Part shown: piece after piece, positions 48,269 to 56,174 of the stretch
How the letters are laid out: each line of letters starts with the position of its first letter
Numbering within the stretch: position 1 is the first letter of the stretch
DNA from: an uncultured bacterium
GTDB lineage: Bacteria; Patescibacteriota; CPR2; UBA1875; CAIMLA01
Reading direction: 5' to 3'
NCBI GenBank assembly: GCA_903842085.1
Contig: CAIMLA010000050.1
Coordinates: 5,133 to 69,132 of the forward strand
DNA: 64,000 nt
Program-made: the position numbers and the translations under genes
Notes under the pieces: generated by a model
Seen by the model: only the letters and a program-made list of their open reading frames with translations
The model's database searches: none
What the model was told of the DNA's origin: nothing

Positions 48269-48322
48269 ACACAACATATAGTGTATTAAACATATAGTAT
48301 GACGCTATATGTAAGGTGTCAA
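48269..48322 (-). promoter_or_regulatory. nrdR-nrdD promoter overlapped by NrdR boxes
   Basis: ACACAACATATAGTGT (48269-48284) matches the NrdR box acaCwAtATaTwGtgt with one mismatch; weaker copies at 48285-48300 and 48302-48317; TTGACA (48317-48322)-17-TACTAT (48294-48299). Confidence 0.8.
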
Positions 48323-48330
48323 CCATTTTC

Positions 48331-48394
48331 TTTTCCACACTTTTTTTGCTTTTTAAATCAACAAAATTTTACTTTTCCACATTACATATTCACA
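48331..48394 (+). promoter_or_regulatory. DnaA boxes upstream of the nrd promoter
   Basis: TTTTCCACA at 48331-48339 and 48373-48381 (fit TTWTNCACA); ATATTCACA at 48386-48394 (1 mismatch). Confidence 0.55.
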
Positions 48395-48422
48395 AAAAAA
48401 AGGAGTCATTTCTGACTCCTTT
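48394..48422 (-). terminator. Intrinsic terminator after ftsZ
   Basis: AAAGGAGTCA-TTTC-TGACTCCTTT; the A-run gives a U-tract on the minus strand. Confidence 0.8.
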
Positions 48423-48440
48423 AAATATATATTTTAAAAA

Positions 48441-49538
48441 TTATTCCATTCTTTTTCTGATAAATGTCGGGATTTCCCAATCTTCGTCGTTTTCTTCTTC
48501 TTTTTCATCCTTTTCTGGCTCTAGACTAGCGACACTTTTTCTGGTCTCAAAGTCAATATGATTATGGGCTTGGATTGGATTATGAACACCTTCAAAGCCA
48601 GTCGCAATGACCGTTATCCTTATTTCTCCACTAATGTTTGGATCTATAACTGCTCCAAAGATGATGTTTGCTTCTGGGTCTACGGCATTGGTGATAACTT
48701 TTGCCGCCTCATCAATTTCATGCATCCCTAGATCAGCTCCACCTGTAACATTGAACAAAACCCCTTTTGCCCCATTAATAGATAATTCCAATAATGGCGA
48801 GTTAATTGCCTGCTTGGCCGCTTCAACAGCTCTATTTTCTCCACTTCCTTTGCCAATCCCCATTAAGGCTGATCCGGCATTTTGCATCACGGTTTTAACG
48901 TCAGCAAAATCGACGTTGATCAAACCACTATCTGTAATCAAATCTGAGATACCTTGGACACCTTGTCGAAGGACATCATCCACGACTTGGAAAGCGTCCA
49001 GCAAAGAAGTTTTTTTATCTACCACTTGGAGTAACCGATCATTTGGAATCGTAATTAAAGCATCTAGCTTATCGCGGAGTTCGTCGGCCCCTTCTTCGGC
49101 GACTCTTTTTCTCTTCTCACCCTCAAAGCCAAAAGGCTTAGTAATCACTCCGACCGTTAAAGCTCCGACTTCTTTTGCAATATTGGCAATAATTGGTCCA
49201 GCCCCTGTTCCTGTTCCACCACCAGCCCCATAAGTGACAAAGACCATATCTGCTCCCTTAAGCGACTCATAAACATTTTCGCTATCTTCTTCTGCAGATT
49301 TCTTGCCGACTTCAGGGTCACTCCCAGCTCCTAGACCTTTTGTTAAGGCCTTCCCGATATGAATTTTTTTGTCTGCCTTTGAGGCATGTAATGCCTGGGC
49401 GTCCGTGTTTACCGCAATAAATTCTACACCCTGCAAACCCGCCTCAATCATACGATTGACAGCGTTGTTACCAGAACCACCCACACCAACTACTTTGATG
49501 CGAGCGAACGTTTCCATACTTGGTTTTATTTCAGCCAC
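48441..49538 (-). CDS. ftsZ: Cell division protein FtsZ
   Basis: [25 protein letters not shown]-terminal EIPTFIR. Confidence 0.98.
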   Translation of the reverse strand: MAEIKPSMETFARIKVVGVGGSGNNAVNRMIEAGLQGVEFIAVNTDAQALHASKADKKIHIGKALTKGLGAGSDPEVGKKSAEEDSENVYESLKGADMVFVTYGAGGGTGTGAGPIIANIAKEVGALTVGVITKPFGFEGEKRKRVAEEGADELRDKLDALITIPNDRLLQVVDKKTSLLDAFQVVDDVLRQGVQGISDLITDSGLINVDFADVKTVMQNAGSALMGIGKGSGENRAVEAAKQAINSPLLELSINGAKGVLFNVTGGADLGMHEIDEAAKVITNAVDPEANIIFGAVIDPNISGEIRITVIATGFEGVHNPIQAHNHIDFETRKSVASLEPEKDEKEEENDEDWEIPTFIRKRME

Positions 49539-49687
49539 TTTAGCCTCCTAATTCAAGCTAATGATGCTAGTTATTTAGTCGCATATAATTGTATATATTT
49601 TTTATTCATATGTAAATAGTTTTCTTATTATTGAACAAATTACTTATTCATATTTGTATATAATAAAGAAATTCGTTTCTGTGATGT

Positions 49688-50920
49688 CTATGGTAAAAAG
49701 ATCTTAACAAATTTCTTAAATTTTCCGGAGATATTTATACTAGGAGAGGTTCCGCCAGTCCCGATATTTTCCTCATAACCATAAAGCATCAACCCGACAG
49801 CAACAGAAAATTGGGGATCATATATTTTTTCTGTTAAGCCTGTTAACGAATGAGGTTTGCCTAAATCGACTGGCAGATTAAAACACTCTTTTGCTAATAA
49901 ATCTATTCCCTGTAATTTCGAGCCGCCGCCAGTGATGATAATGCCGGCCGGGAGTAAAGTATCTTTGTTTATTCGTCTCAGTTCATCTCTAATAATTTTA
50001 AGGATCTCTTCCATCCTGGCTTCACAGATTTCTGAGATGTGACGTTTTGAAAAAACCCCTTCTTCTTTCATATCGATTGAAGATAGATCAATTTTATCTT
50101 TTTCAGGAACTTCTTTGTGAAATGAATGTCCATACTTAATTTTTACTTTTTCGGCCACGTCAATCGAAGTTCTAAGCCCTATTGCAATATCGTTAGTAAT
50201 CGCGTTCGCCCCAATCGGGAAAACTTTTGTGTACAAAATGCTATCTTCTTCAAAAATGACCAAACTCGTTGTTTCAGCGCCAATGTCGATTACAGCACAG
50301 CCTAATTCTTTTTGTCTTTTGTTTAAGACCGCTTTTGCGGCTGCAAGAGGCGTGGCAATTGTATCGTCTGCTTTAATCCCTGTCTGAGTAACACACTTGC
50401 TAAGGTTTTTCAATATTTGTTGAGAAGCGACGACTAAATGGGTTTCTACTTCTAGCCTAATACCCGTCATCCCGATTGGATCTTTTATTCTTTCGTCCGA
50501 GTTATCAATCATAAAAAACCGGGGAATAACATGAATAATATCTTTGTTTGGCGGAATCTGCACGGCCTGCGCCGCGTCCTCGGCTCGCCCAAGATCATTT
50601 TTGGATATCTCTTGGTCTGCCCGACCAACTGCAATCGTCCCTCTCGAGTTCATAGAGCTGATATGACCGCCGTTAAGGTTAATATTGGAGTGATCCAAGG
50701 GAAACCCACAACTTCTCTCAGCAAGCTCGACCGCCTCTGATATTCCGCTCACAGTTTCTTCAATCTCGGTGACAACGCCTTTTCTGATTCCAGTTAACCG
50801 AGAGGTTCCCATTCCGACAATCCTCAGTCCATCTTCTTCATTGTTTGGGACACCAACTACAGCACAAATTTTGCTTGAGCCAATATCCAAACCGACATAG
50901 AATTCTTCTTTTTTTATCAT
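49688..50920 (-). CDS. ftsA: Cell division protein FtsA
   Basis: GLDIGSSKI, DIGAETT, AEKVKIKYG, TGGGSKL; upstream of ftsZ. Confidence 0.96.
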   Translation of the reverse strand: MIKKEEFYVGLDIGSSKICAVVGVPNNEEDGLRIVGMGTSRLTGIRKGVVTEIEETVSGISEAVELAERSCGFPLDHSNINLNGGHISSMNSRGTIAVGRADQEISKNDLGRAEDAAQAVQIPPNKDIIHVIPRFFMIDNSDERIKDPIGMTGIRLEVETHLVVASQQILKNLSKCVTQTGIKADDTIATPLAAAKAVLNKRQKELGCAVIDIGAETTSLVIFEEDSILYTKVFPIGANAITNDIAIGLRTSIDVAEKVKIKYGHSFHKEVPEKDKIDLSSIDMKEEGVFSKRHISEICEARMEEILKIIRDELRRINKDTLLPAGIIITGGGSKLQGIDLLAKECFNLPVDLGKPHSLTGLTEKIYDPQFSVAVGLMLYGYEENIGTGGTSPSINISGKFKKFVKIFLP

Positions 50921-50976
50921 TAATTTTTTCTTTTACGTATTATCATTATAAAATTTTTTCTGCTATGAATTCAAGG

Positions 50977-51717
50977 CTATTCAGGTAATACCGTTAAAAT
51001 TGTCGCATTATTATCATCAATATAGATTGTGTGCTCATAATGCGAGGATAATGAATGATCACAGGTTTTATAAGTCCAGCCATCACTTTCTTGATAGACT
51101 TCATAGTCTCCATTTGTAATCATTGGCTCTATGGCGAGGGTCATTCCTTTCTTAAGGATTGTGCCAGTATTTTTTTGACCAAAGTTTGGAATCAAAGGGT
51201 TCTCATGTAATTCCTTCCCCACGCCATGACCAACAAGAGATCGAACGACACCAAACCCTTTTTGCTCAACATAATGCTGGATTACATACCCAATGTCACC
51301 TATCTTCATCCCTGGACTAATTTGATCGATTGCTAGATAAAGCGCATCTTTAGCGGTCTTGATCAACTTTTGCTTCGCCCAATCATTGTCATCGAAAGTA
51401 AAAGTAAAAGCCGCGTCGACGTGGTAGCCTTCATGAAAGACCCCAAAGTCCAGTGAAATTAAATCCGTACTGGCAATGACAGTTTCATTGGGAATACCAT
51501 GAACAACCTCATCATTTAAAGAAATACAGATCGCGCCAGGATAACCTTGATATCCTAGAAATGAAGGTTTGACCTTGTATTTTAAGCACAATCTTCTTGT
51601 AAGATCATCTAGGTCCCGCGTTGTAATCCCAGGCACAGCCGCCGTCCTGATTTCTGAAAGGATCACGCCTAATATTTGCCCGCCTTCTGTCATAATCTCT
51701 AATTTATCTTTAGGCAT
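50977..51717 (-). CDS. map: Methionine aminopeptidase type I
   Basis: SLNDEVVHGIP, DFG, GHGVG, HENP, AIEPM, HYEHT; likely start ATG 51717. Confidence 0.95.
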   Translation of the reverse strand: MPKDKLEIMTEGGQILGVILSEIRTAAVPGITTRDLDDLTRRLCLKYKVKPSFLGYQGYPGAICISLNDEVVHGIPNETVIASTDLISLDFGVFHEGYHVDAAFTFTFDDNDWAKQKLIKTAKDALYLAIDQISPGMKIGDIGYVIQHYVEQKGFGVVRSLVGHGVGKELHENPLIPNFGQKNTGTILKKGMTLAIEPMITNGDYEVYQESDGWTYKTCDHSLSSHYEHTIYIDDNNATILTVLPE

Positions 51718-52330
51718 TGGCCAAGGCCTCACTTATGTCGTTCCCGACCGCTTCGATTGTTTGCTTCCCGTCAATCTCTATTAATTTATTTTTTTCTTGA
51801 TAATATTTGACCAGCGGTAGGGTTTTATCTAAAAAAACTCTCATTCGGTTTCTAATCGTCTCTTCATTATCGTCCCTTCTAATAATTGGGCTGCCACCAC
51901 ATTTTGGACAAATTTCAGTATCAAAGAGTGGTTGTCCACATTGGCCACAAACCTTTCGGATTGAGAGCCTTTTGACCACCTCTTCTTCGTCTAACTCAAT
52001 GTACACTACTCCGCTTAAGCTTCTGTTATGCTCTGATAGAATCTGGTCTAGCTTAGTCGCTTGAGCAACATTTCTCGGGAAACCATCAAAGATCAAACCG
52101 GTTTCCGTCCTTTCTGTCTCTAATCTTTTACTTATCTCATGAAAAAGGATTTCATCACTAATCAACTCCCCCTTTTCCATTTTTTCCCTGTAGTCTTGGT
52201 TTTCTTTAGCCAAATTACGAACTATATCACCACTCGAAACAACTGCGAGTTGGTGTTTTTCTCTTAATCTTTCAATTTGGGTTCCTTTGCCTGATCCGGG
52301 TGGTCCTAAGAAAATTAAATTTTTAGTCAT
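51710..52330 (-). CDS. adk: Adenylate kinase (zinc LID)
   Basis: GPPGSGKGT, SSGD, FDGFPR, CxxC..CxxC LID, RRDD. Confidence 0.93.
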   Translation of the reverse strand: MTKNLIFLGPPGSGKGTQIERLREKHQLAVVSSGDIVRNLAKENQDYREKMEKGELISDEILFHEISKRLETERTETGLIFDGFPRNVAQATKLDQILSEHNRSLSGVVYIELDEEEVVKRLSIRKVCGQCGQPLFDTEICPKCGGSPIIRRDDNEETIRNRMRVFLDKTLPLVKYYQEKNKLIEIDGKQTIEAVGNDISEALANA

Positions 52331-52730
52331 TTTCCCCCTTTTTTATGATCGTCTCAACTTCTGTCATTTTTTTCAGATCTTTTTCGTTCTCGTGATCATG
52401 GCCTAACAAATGAGCTAGCCCATGGATAAATAAGCTTTGTATCTCATCGTTTACGTCAATATTACTCTGCTTAGCTTGTTCCTCGGCTCTATTATAACAA
52501 ATAAATATCTGCCCGATAAATGGTTTGTTTTCTATCTTAAAGCTTAAAACATCCGTAATACTATCGATTTTTCTATATTTAAGGTTTAGTTCTCGAATCT
52601 CAATTTCATCTACAAAGACAAGCTCAATTTGTGATTCCTTAGCTAAGTATTTTGAAAAAGCCGCTTTAGCTGCTTCTTTCAGCCTAGACTTATCGACAAC
52701 ATAGTTTTTTGTAAATATCTCAAAATTCAT
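52323..52730 (-). CDS. ybeY: rRNA maturation endoribonuclease YbeY
   Basis: TDVLSF, HGLAHLLGHDH. Confidence 0.93.
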   Translation of the reverse strand: MNFEIFTKNYVVDKSRLKEAAKAAFSKYLAKESQIELVFVDEIEIRELNLKYRKIDSITDVLSFKIENKPFIGQIFICYNRAEEQAKQSNIDVNDEIQSLFIHGLAHLLGHDHENEKDLKKMTEVETIIKKGEND

Positions 52731-53170
52731 ACCAATTTTAATTTGACTAGTTCGGAAACAGTTTTTCCATCGGCTTGATTTTTTGTAATAGTCATGACTT
52801 CTTTGATCACCTTTCCCATCTCCGCGCTTGAAGTCACCCCTAGACTAGTTATCGCCTCATCAATGATCGTCCCGATCTCTTCAGCCGAGAGCTTCTCTGG
52901 TAAATATTCTTCGATGATTATTAGCTCTTTTTCCTCTGTTTTTGCTAAATCTTCTCTGTTGCCAGCCCTATATTGAATTATTGAGTCTCGTCTCTGTTTG
53001 GCTTGTTTTTCTAAAATTTTAAGAAGGTCTTCATTAGAGACTTCCTGGCCAGTCTTTATTTCTTGATTTTTTAAAGAACTTTTTATCATCCTTAATAAAG
53101 AAACTCTAAAATCATCTCTTTCTTTGAGAGCGTTGATATAATCATTTTCAATTTGATCCTTTAGAGCCAC
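52727..53170 (-). CDS. yqeY: GatB/YqeY domain protein
   Basis: KQRRDSIIQY, YLPEKLS, MGKVIK, ADGK; follows rpsU. Confidence 0.92.
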   Translation of the reverse strand: MALKDQIENDYINALKERDDFRVSLLRMIKSSLKNQEIKTGQEVSNEDLLKILEKQAKQRRDSIIQYRAGNREDLAKTEEKELIIIEEYLPEKLSAEEIGTIIDEAITSLGVTSSAEMGKVIKEVMTITKNQADGKTVSELVKLKLV

Positions 53171-53382
53171 TAAAATCCTTTTATAAGTTGTTGTCGAATC
53201 TTGTTCTCTTTACGAGCTTTCTTCCTTATCGCTATTTCTCTGGCTTCGGTTTTTGAGAGTTCTTTCTCAAAATACATCTTTTTTCGAGCCAAAGACAAAG
53301 TACCGCTTTGCTGCACCTTCCGATTAAAGCGTCTGACTAGACTTTCAAATGGTTCACCGTCTTTTCTATTGACTGATTGCAA
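53170..53382 (-). CDS. rpsU: 30S ribosomal protein S21
   Basis: E.FESLVRRFNRKVQQSG, YFEK; AAGGAGGTG SD before TTG; upstream of yqeY. Confidence 0.9.
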   Translation of the reverse strand: MQSVNRKDGEPFESLVRRFNRKVQQSGTLSLARKKMYFEKELSKTEAREIAIRKKARKENKIRQQLIKGF

Positions 53383-53448
53383 TTAATTCACCTCCTTAGT
53401 AGAATTTTTGCTTTTTTATTATATAAAATATTTATCTTTTGGTAAAGC

Positions 53449-53904
53449 CTAATTTTTAGCATTTCGGATTTTTTTGGCAATTCGCTTCAACTCATCTTCG
53501 CTTTTTTCTGGTCCTAGCTGAGTAGATATATAACCTAAATATTCTTTATAATAAACAACTTCCTTTGACCAATTTTCAGTATATTTCTTTTCTAGACCCC
53601 ACAATGGGTACAACTTTAGGTGGACGTGGTTAACGCCCATCCCTTCCATCACGAGAGCGACTCTTTTTACCAATAGCCCTTGCTCGATTTTTTTTGCAAC
53701 TTTTTTTCCCGCTTTTACCAATTCACCCATTTCCTGATCATCCAGATCGAACATATATGAAGGAAAATGTTTTTTTGGGATAACGACCGTCATACCTTCA
53801 GTGTTGGGAAATATATCTAAGAAGGCCATAAAGTCTTTGTCTTCCCAAACCTGATGCGAAGGGATCCGGCCATTTGCAATCTCACAGAATAAACAACGTG
53901 CCAT
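53449..53904 (-). CDS. HIT family protein (HxHxK variant)
   Basis: CLFCEI, AFLDIFP, VIPKKH, HVHLK. Confidence 0.88.
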   Translation of the reverse strand: MARCLFCEIANGRIPSHQVWEDKDFMAFLDIFPNTEGMTVVIPKKHFPSYMFDLDDQEMGELVKAGKKVAKKIEQGLLVKRVALVMEGMGVNHVHLKLYPLWGLEKKYTENWSKEVVYYKEYLGYISTQLGPEKSEDELKRIAKKIRNAKN

Positions 53905-53939
53905 ATCGACTCCTTATGCTTTATATTATAGCACCATTT

Positions 53940-54025
53940 TATTATTGACAATGATTCTTTCGTGCTTTATAATCCCTTCTTGAGTATAAAATATTATTGA
54001 CAATTATAGTGTTTTATGCTATTAT
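53940..54025 (+). promoter_or_regulatory. Tandem sigma70 promoters of the lytic transglycosylase gene
   Basis: TTGACA(53945)-17-TATAAT(53968) and TTGACA(53997)-17-TGC-TATTAT(54020). Confidence 0.8.
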
Positions 54026-54108
54026 TAATTTATTCCCATTGTTATGGGAATTTTTAGTTGGCTTTAATTAGCAAACTTGGGGGAAGAAAGGAGTGTTTGT
54101 TCAATCAA

Positions 54109-54813
54109 ATGGGCAAAAACTTAATCTCAGCTATGCTACTTGCTTTCATGGCTGTTAAAAACCCTATGGGGTTACCAGAGGTTAAAATAGCGCAAGCTGA
54201 ACCTCAAAATAATCAAGCAAGCGCCGTCAGCGAGGTGGATATCGCTCAATCGATTAACAACCTAAACGTCGTTAATCGAGAAGAAACATCAATAGAAAAA
54301 GCTCAAAAAGAACTAGAAGGCTATCAAAAAGCTTTAGCCGAAGAAAAGAAAGCAGTAGAAGCCAAAATAAAAGCCGATGAGGAAGCACGACAAGCAGCCC
54401 AGGCATCATATCAAAATTCAATCCAGAGAGTTGCAGTCACAACCTCAGGTGGGTTTGATAGCATCTATGCTGAGGCTGAGAAGATATATGGTGTACCCAG
54501 ACAGATTATCGCTGCCGTCCACTATGTTGAGACAGGTCAGAGAGGCGATACAACTATTGCTAGTTATGCTGGGGCCCAAGGTCCGATGCAGTTTATGCCA
54601 AGCACCTTTAGTGCTTATGCTCAAGATGGAGATGGCGACGGCGTTGCCTTAATAAACGACGTTCACGATGCTATCTACACTGGGGCAAAATATCTGGCTG
54701 CAAACGGAGCCGCATCTGGTAATGTTAGTGGCGCGCTTTATCGCTATAATCACAGTTATAGTTATGTAGAGCAAGTCCTAGCAATCGCTCGATCTTTCGG
54801 TTACTCTGGCTAA
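54109..54813 (+). CDS. Secreted lytic transglycosylase (SLT/MltB-like) with coiled-coil stalk
   Basis: Signal-like N-terminus, coiled coil, VET (catalytic Glu), GAQGPMQFMPSTF, DGDGDG, YNHS..YV; start uncertain (54058/54097/54109). Confidence 0.9.
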   Translation: MGKNLISAMLLAFMAVKNPMGLPEVKIAQAEPQNNQASAVSEVDIAQSINNLNVVNREETSIEKAQKELEGYQKALAEEKKAVEAKIKADEEARQAAQASYQNSIQRVAVTTSGGFDSIYAEAEKIYGVPRQIIAAVHYVETGQRGDTTIASYAGAQGPMQFMPSTFSAYAQDGDGDGVALINDVHDAIYTGAKYLAANGAASGNVSGALYRYNHSYSYVEQVLAIARSFGYSG

Positions 54814-54833
54814 ATCAACACACAAATATAAGC

Positions 54834-54862
54834 AAAAAGCCCTCACTGAGTGGGGGCTTTTT
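54834..54862. terminator. Bidirectional terminator between the slt-like gene and hisS
   Basis: AAAAAGCCCTCAC-TGA-GTGGGGGCTTTTT. Confidence 0.85.
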
Positions 54863-56132
54863 ATTTTAGTTTCTTTTTCACTTCTTGGATTATTTTCTCG
54901 TGTGGGTATATTTCTTGATTCCCTGAGTCCATCTCCTTTATGATCACTGTTTCGTCAAAGGCTTCTTTCTGGCCAATGATCAAGGTTAATTTTGTTTTTA
55001 GTTTGTTGGCCATACTTAATTGTTCAGAAATACTTCCTTTATCTAAGCACCCTTCTGCTCTAATACCTTGATCCCAAAGCCCATTCAATAATTTCAGACA
55101 ACTTTTTCTTGCCTCTTCACCAATTTGAGCAACAAAAACATCAGCCGCACTCTCTTGGTTAATTACAATCTCTGGATGTTTCTTTAACTCCTCGACGATT
55201 CTATCTACTCCAGACGAAAAGCCCAGTGCTGGGGTTGGCTTGCCCCCCAAGATTTCGACTAGACGATCATATCTTCCGCCTCCACCGAGGGCGTAGCCGT
55301 CTGTTTGTGTCCAAAACTCATATACAGTTCTTGTGTAATAGTCAAAACCTCTAACTAATCTTGGATTTATCTCATAGTTAGTCCCGATCTCGTCAAGAAG
55401 CTCTAAGGTTTCTTTAAAATGTTTGTGGCAATCATCACATAAAAAATTTATCGATTGAGGCGCTTCTTCGATCAGGGGCTGACACTTCGCCTCTTTACAA
55501 TCTAAAAGCCTAAGTGGATTTGTTTCATATCGTCTCTTGCAGTCAACGCAGACTTTTTTTAAGTTTAAACCGTAATACTCTTTAAGCTCTTTTAAATATT
55601 TAGGTCTACAGTTTTGACAACCGATACTATTCAACTGAACGTTTACTTGATCGATTAAACCTAATTTTTTAAAGATACGACTTGCGGTTGATATTATGGC
55701 GACATCGGCAATTGGATCTTTATCACCAATCATTTCAAATCCAAATTGCCAGTGCTCTCGATATCGGCCAGCTTGTGGCCTTTCATAACGGTACATGGGC
55801 ATATAATAATATAATTTTACGGGCTGGGGCCAGGACTGCATGCCGTCCTCTAGATAAGCTCGAACGACCGGGGCGGTCCCTTCTGGACGAAGAGTCAATG
55901 AGTTGCCAGATTTATCATTAAAAGTGTACATCTCTTTTTCAACAACATCAGTCCCCTTGCCAACGCCCCTAACAAAAAGATTCGTATCCTCAAAGGCCGG
56001 TGTGTACAATTTTCTGAAACCAGCCGAATTAACCACCGATTCGAATATTTTTTCTATGTAACTAAAATAAACCTGCTCGTCTGGCAGGATATCCCTTGTT
56101 CCTCTTGGGGCTTGATTGATTTTCTTTGACAT
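54861..56132 (-). CDS. hisS: Histidine--tRNA ligase
   Basis: PRGTRD, LRPEGTA, RYERPQAGRYR, RGFDYY, GGGRYD. Confidence 0.98.
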   Translation of the reverse strand: MSKKINQAPRGTRDILPDEQVYFSYIEKIFESVVNSAGFRKLYTPAFEDTNLFVRGVGKGTDVVEKEMYTFNDKSGNSLTLRPEGTAPVVRAYLEDGMQSWPQPVKLYYYMPMYRYERPQAGRYREHWQFGFEMIGDKDPIADVAIISTASRIFKKLGLIDQVNVQLNSIGCQNCRPKYLKELKEYYGLNLKKVCVDCKRRYETNPLRLLDCKEAKCQPLIEEAPQSINFLCDDCHKHFKETLELLDEIGTNYEINPRLVRGFDYYTRTVYEFWTQTDGYALGGGGRYDRLVEILGGKPTPALGFSSGVDRIVEELKKHPEIVINQESAADVFVAQIGEEARKSCLKLLNGLWDQGIRAEGCLDKGSISEQLSMANKLKTKLTLIIGQKEAFDETVIIKEMDSGNQEIYPHEKIIQEVKKKLK

Positions 56133-56174
56133 TACCTATTAGTTTTAGCACACCGTCTTTTTATCTGCAAGTAA

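Noticed and set aside
49540-49687. Very AT-rich ftsA-ftsZ spacer as a possible unwinding element or sRNA
   Set aside because: No DnaA-box array or stable structure; best explained as the ftsZ promoter region
54026-54100. c-di-AMP or other riboswitch ahead of the lytic transglycosylase
   Set aside because: Leader too short and lacks the conserved aptamer motifs; only one small hairpin
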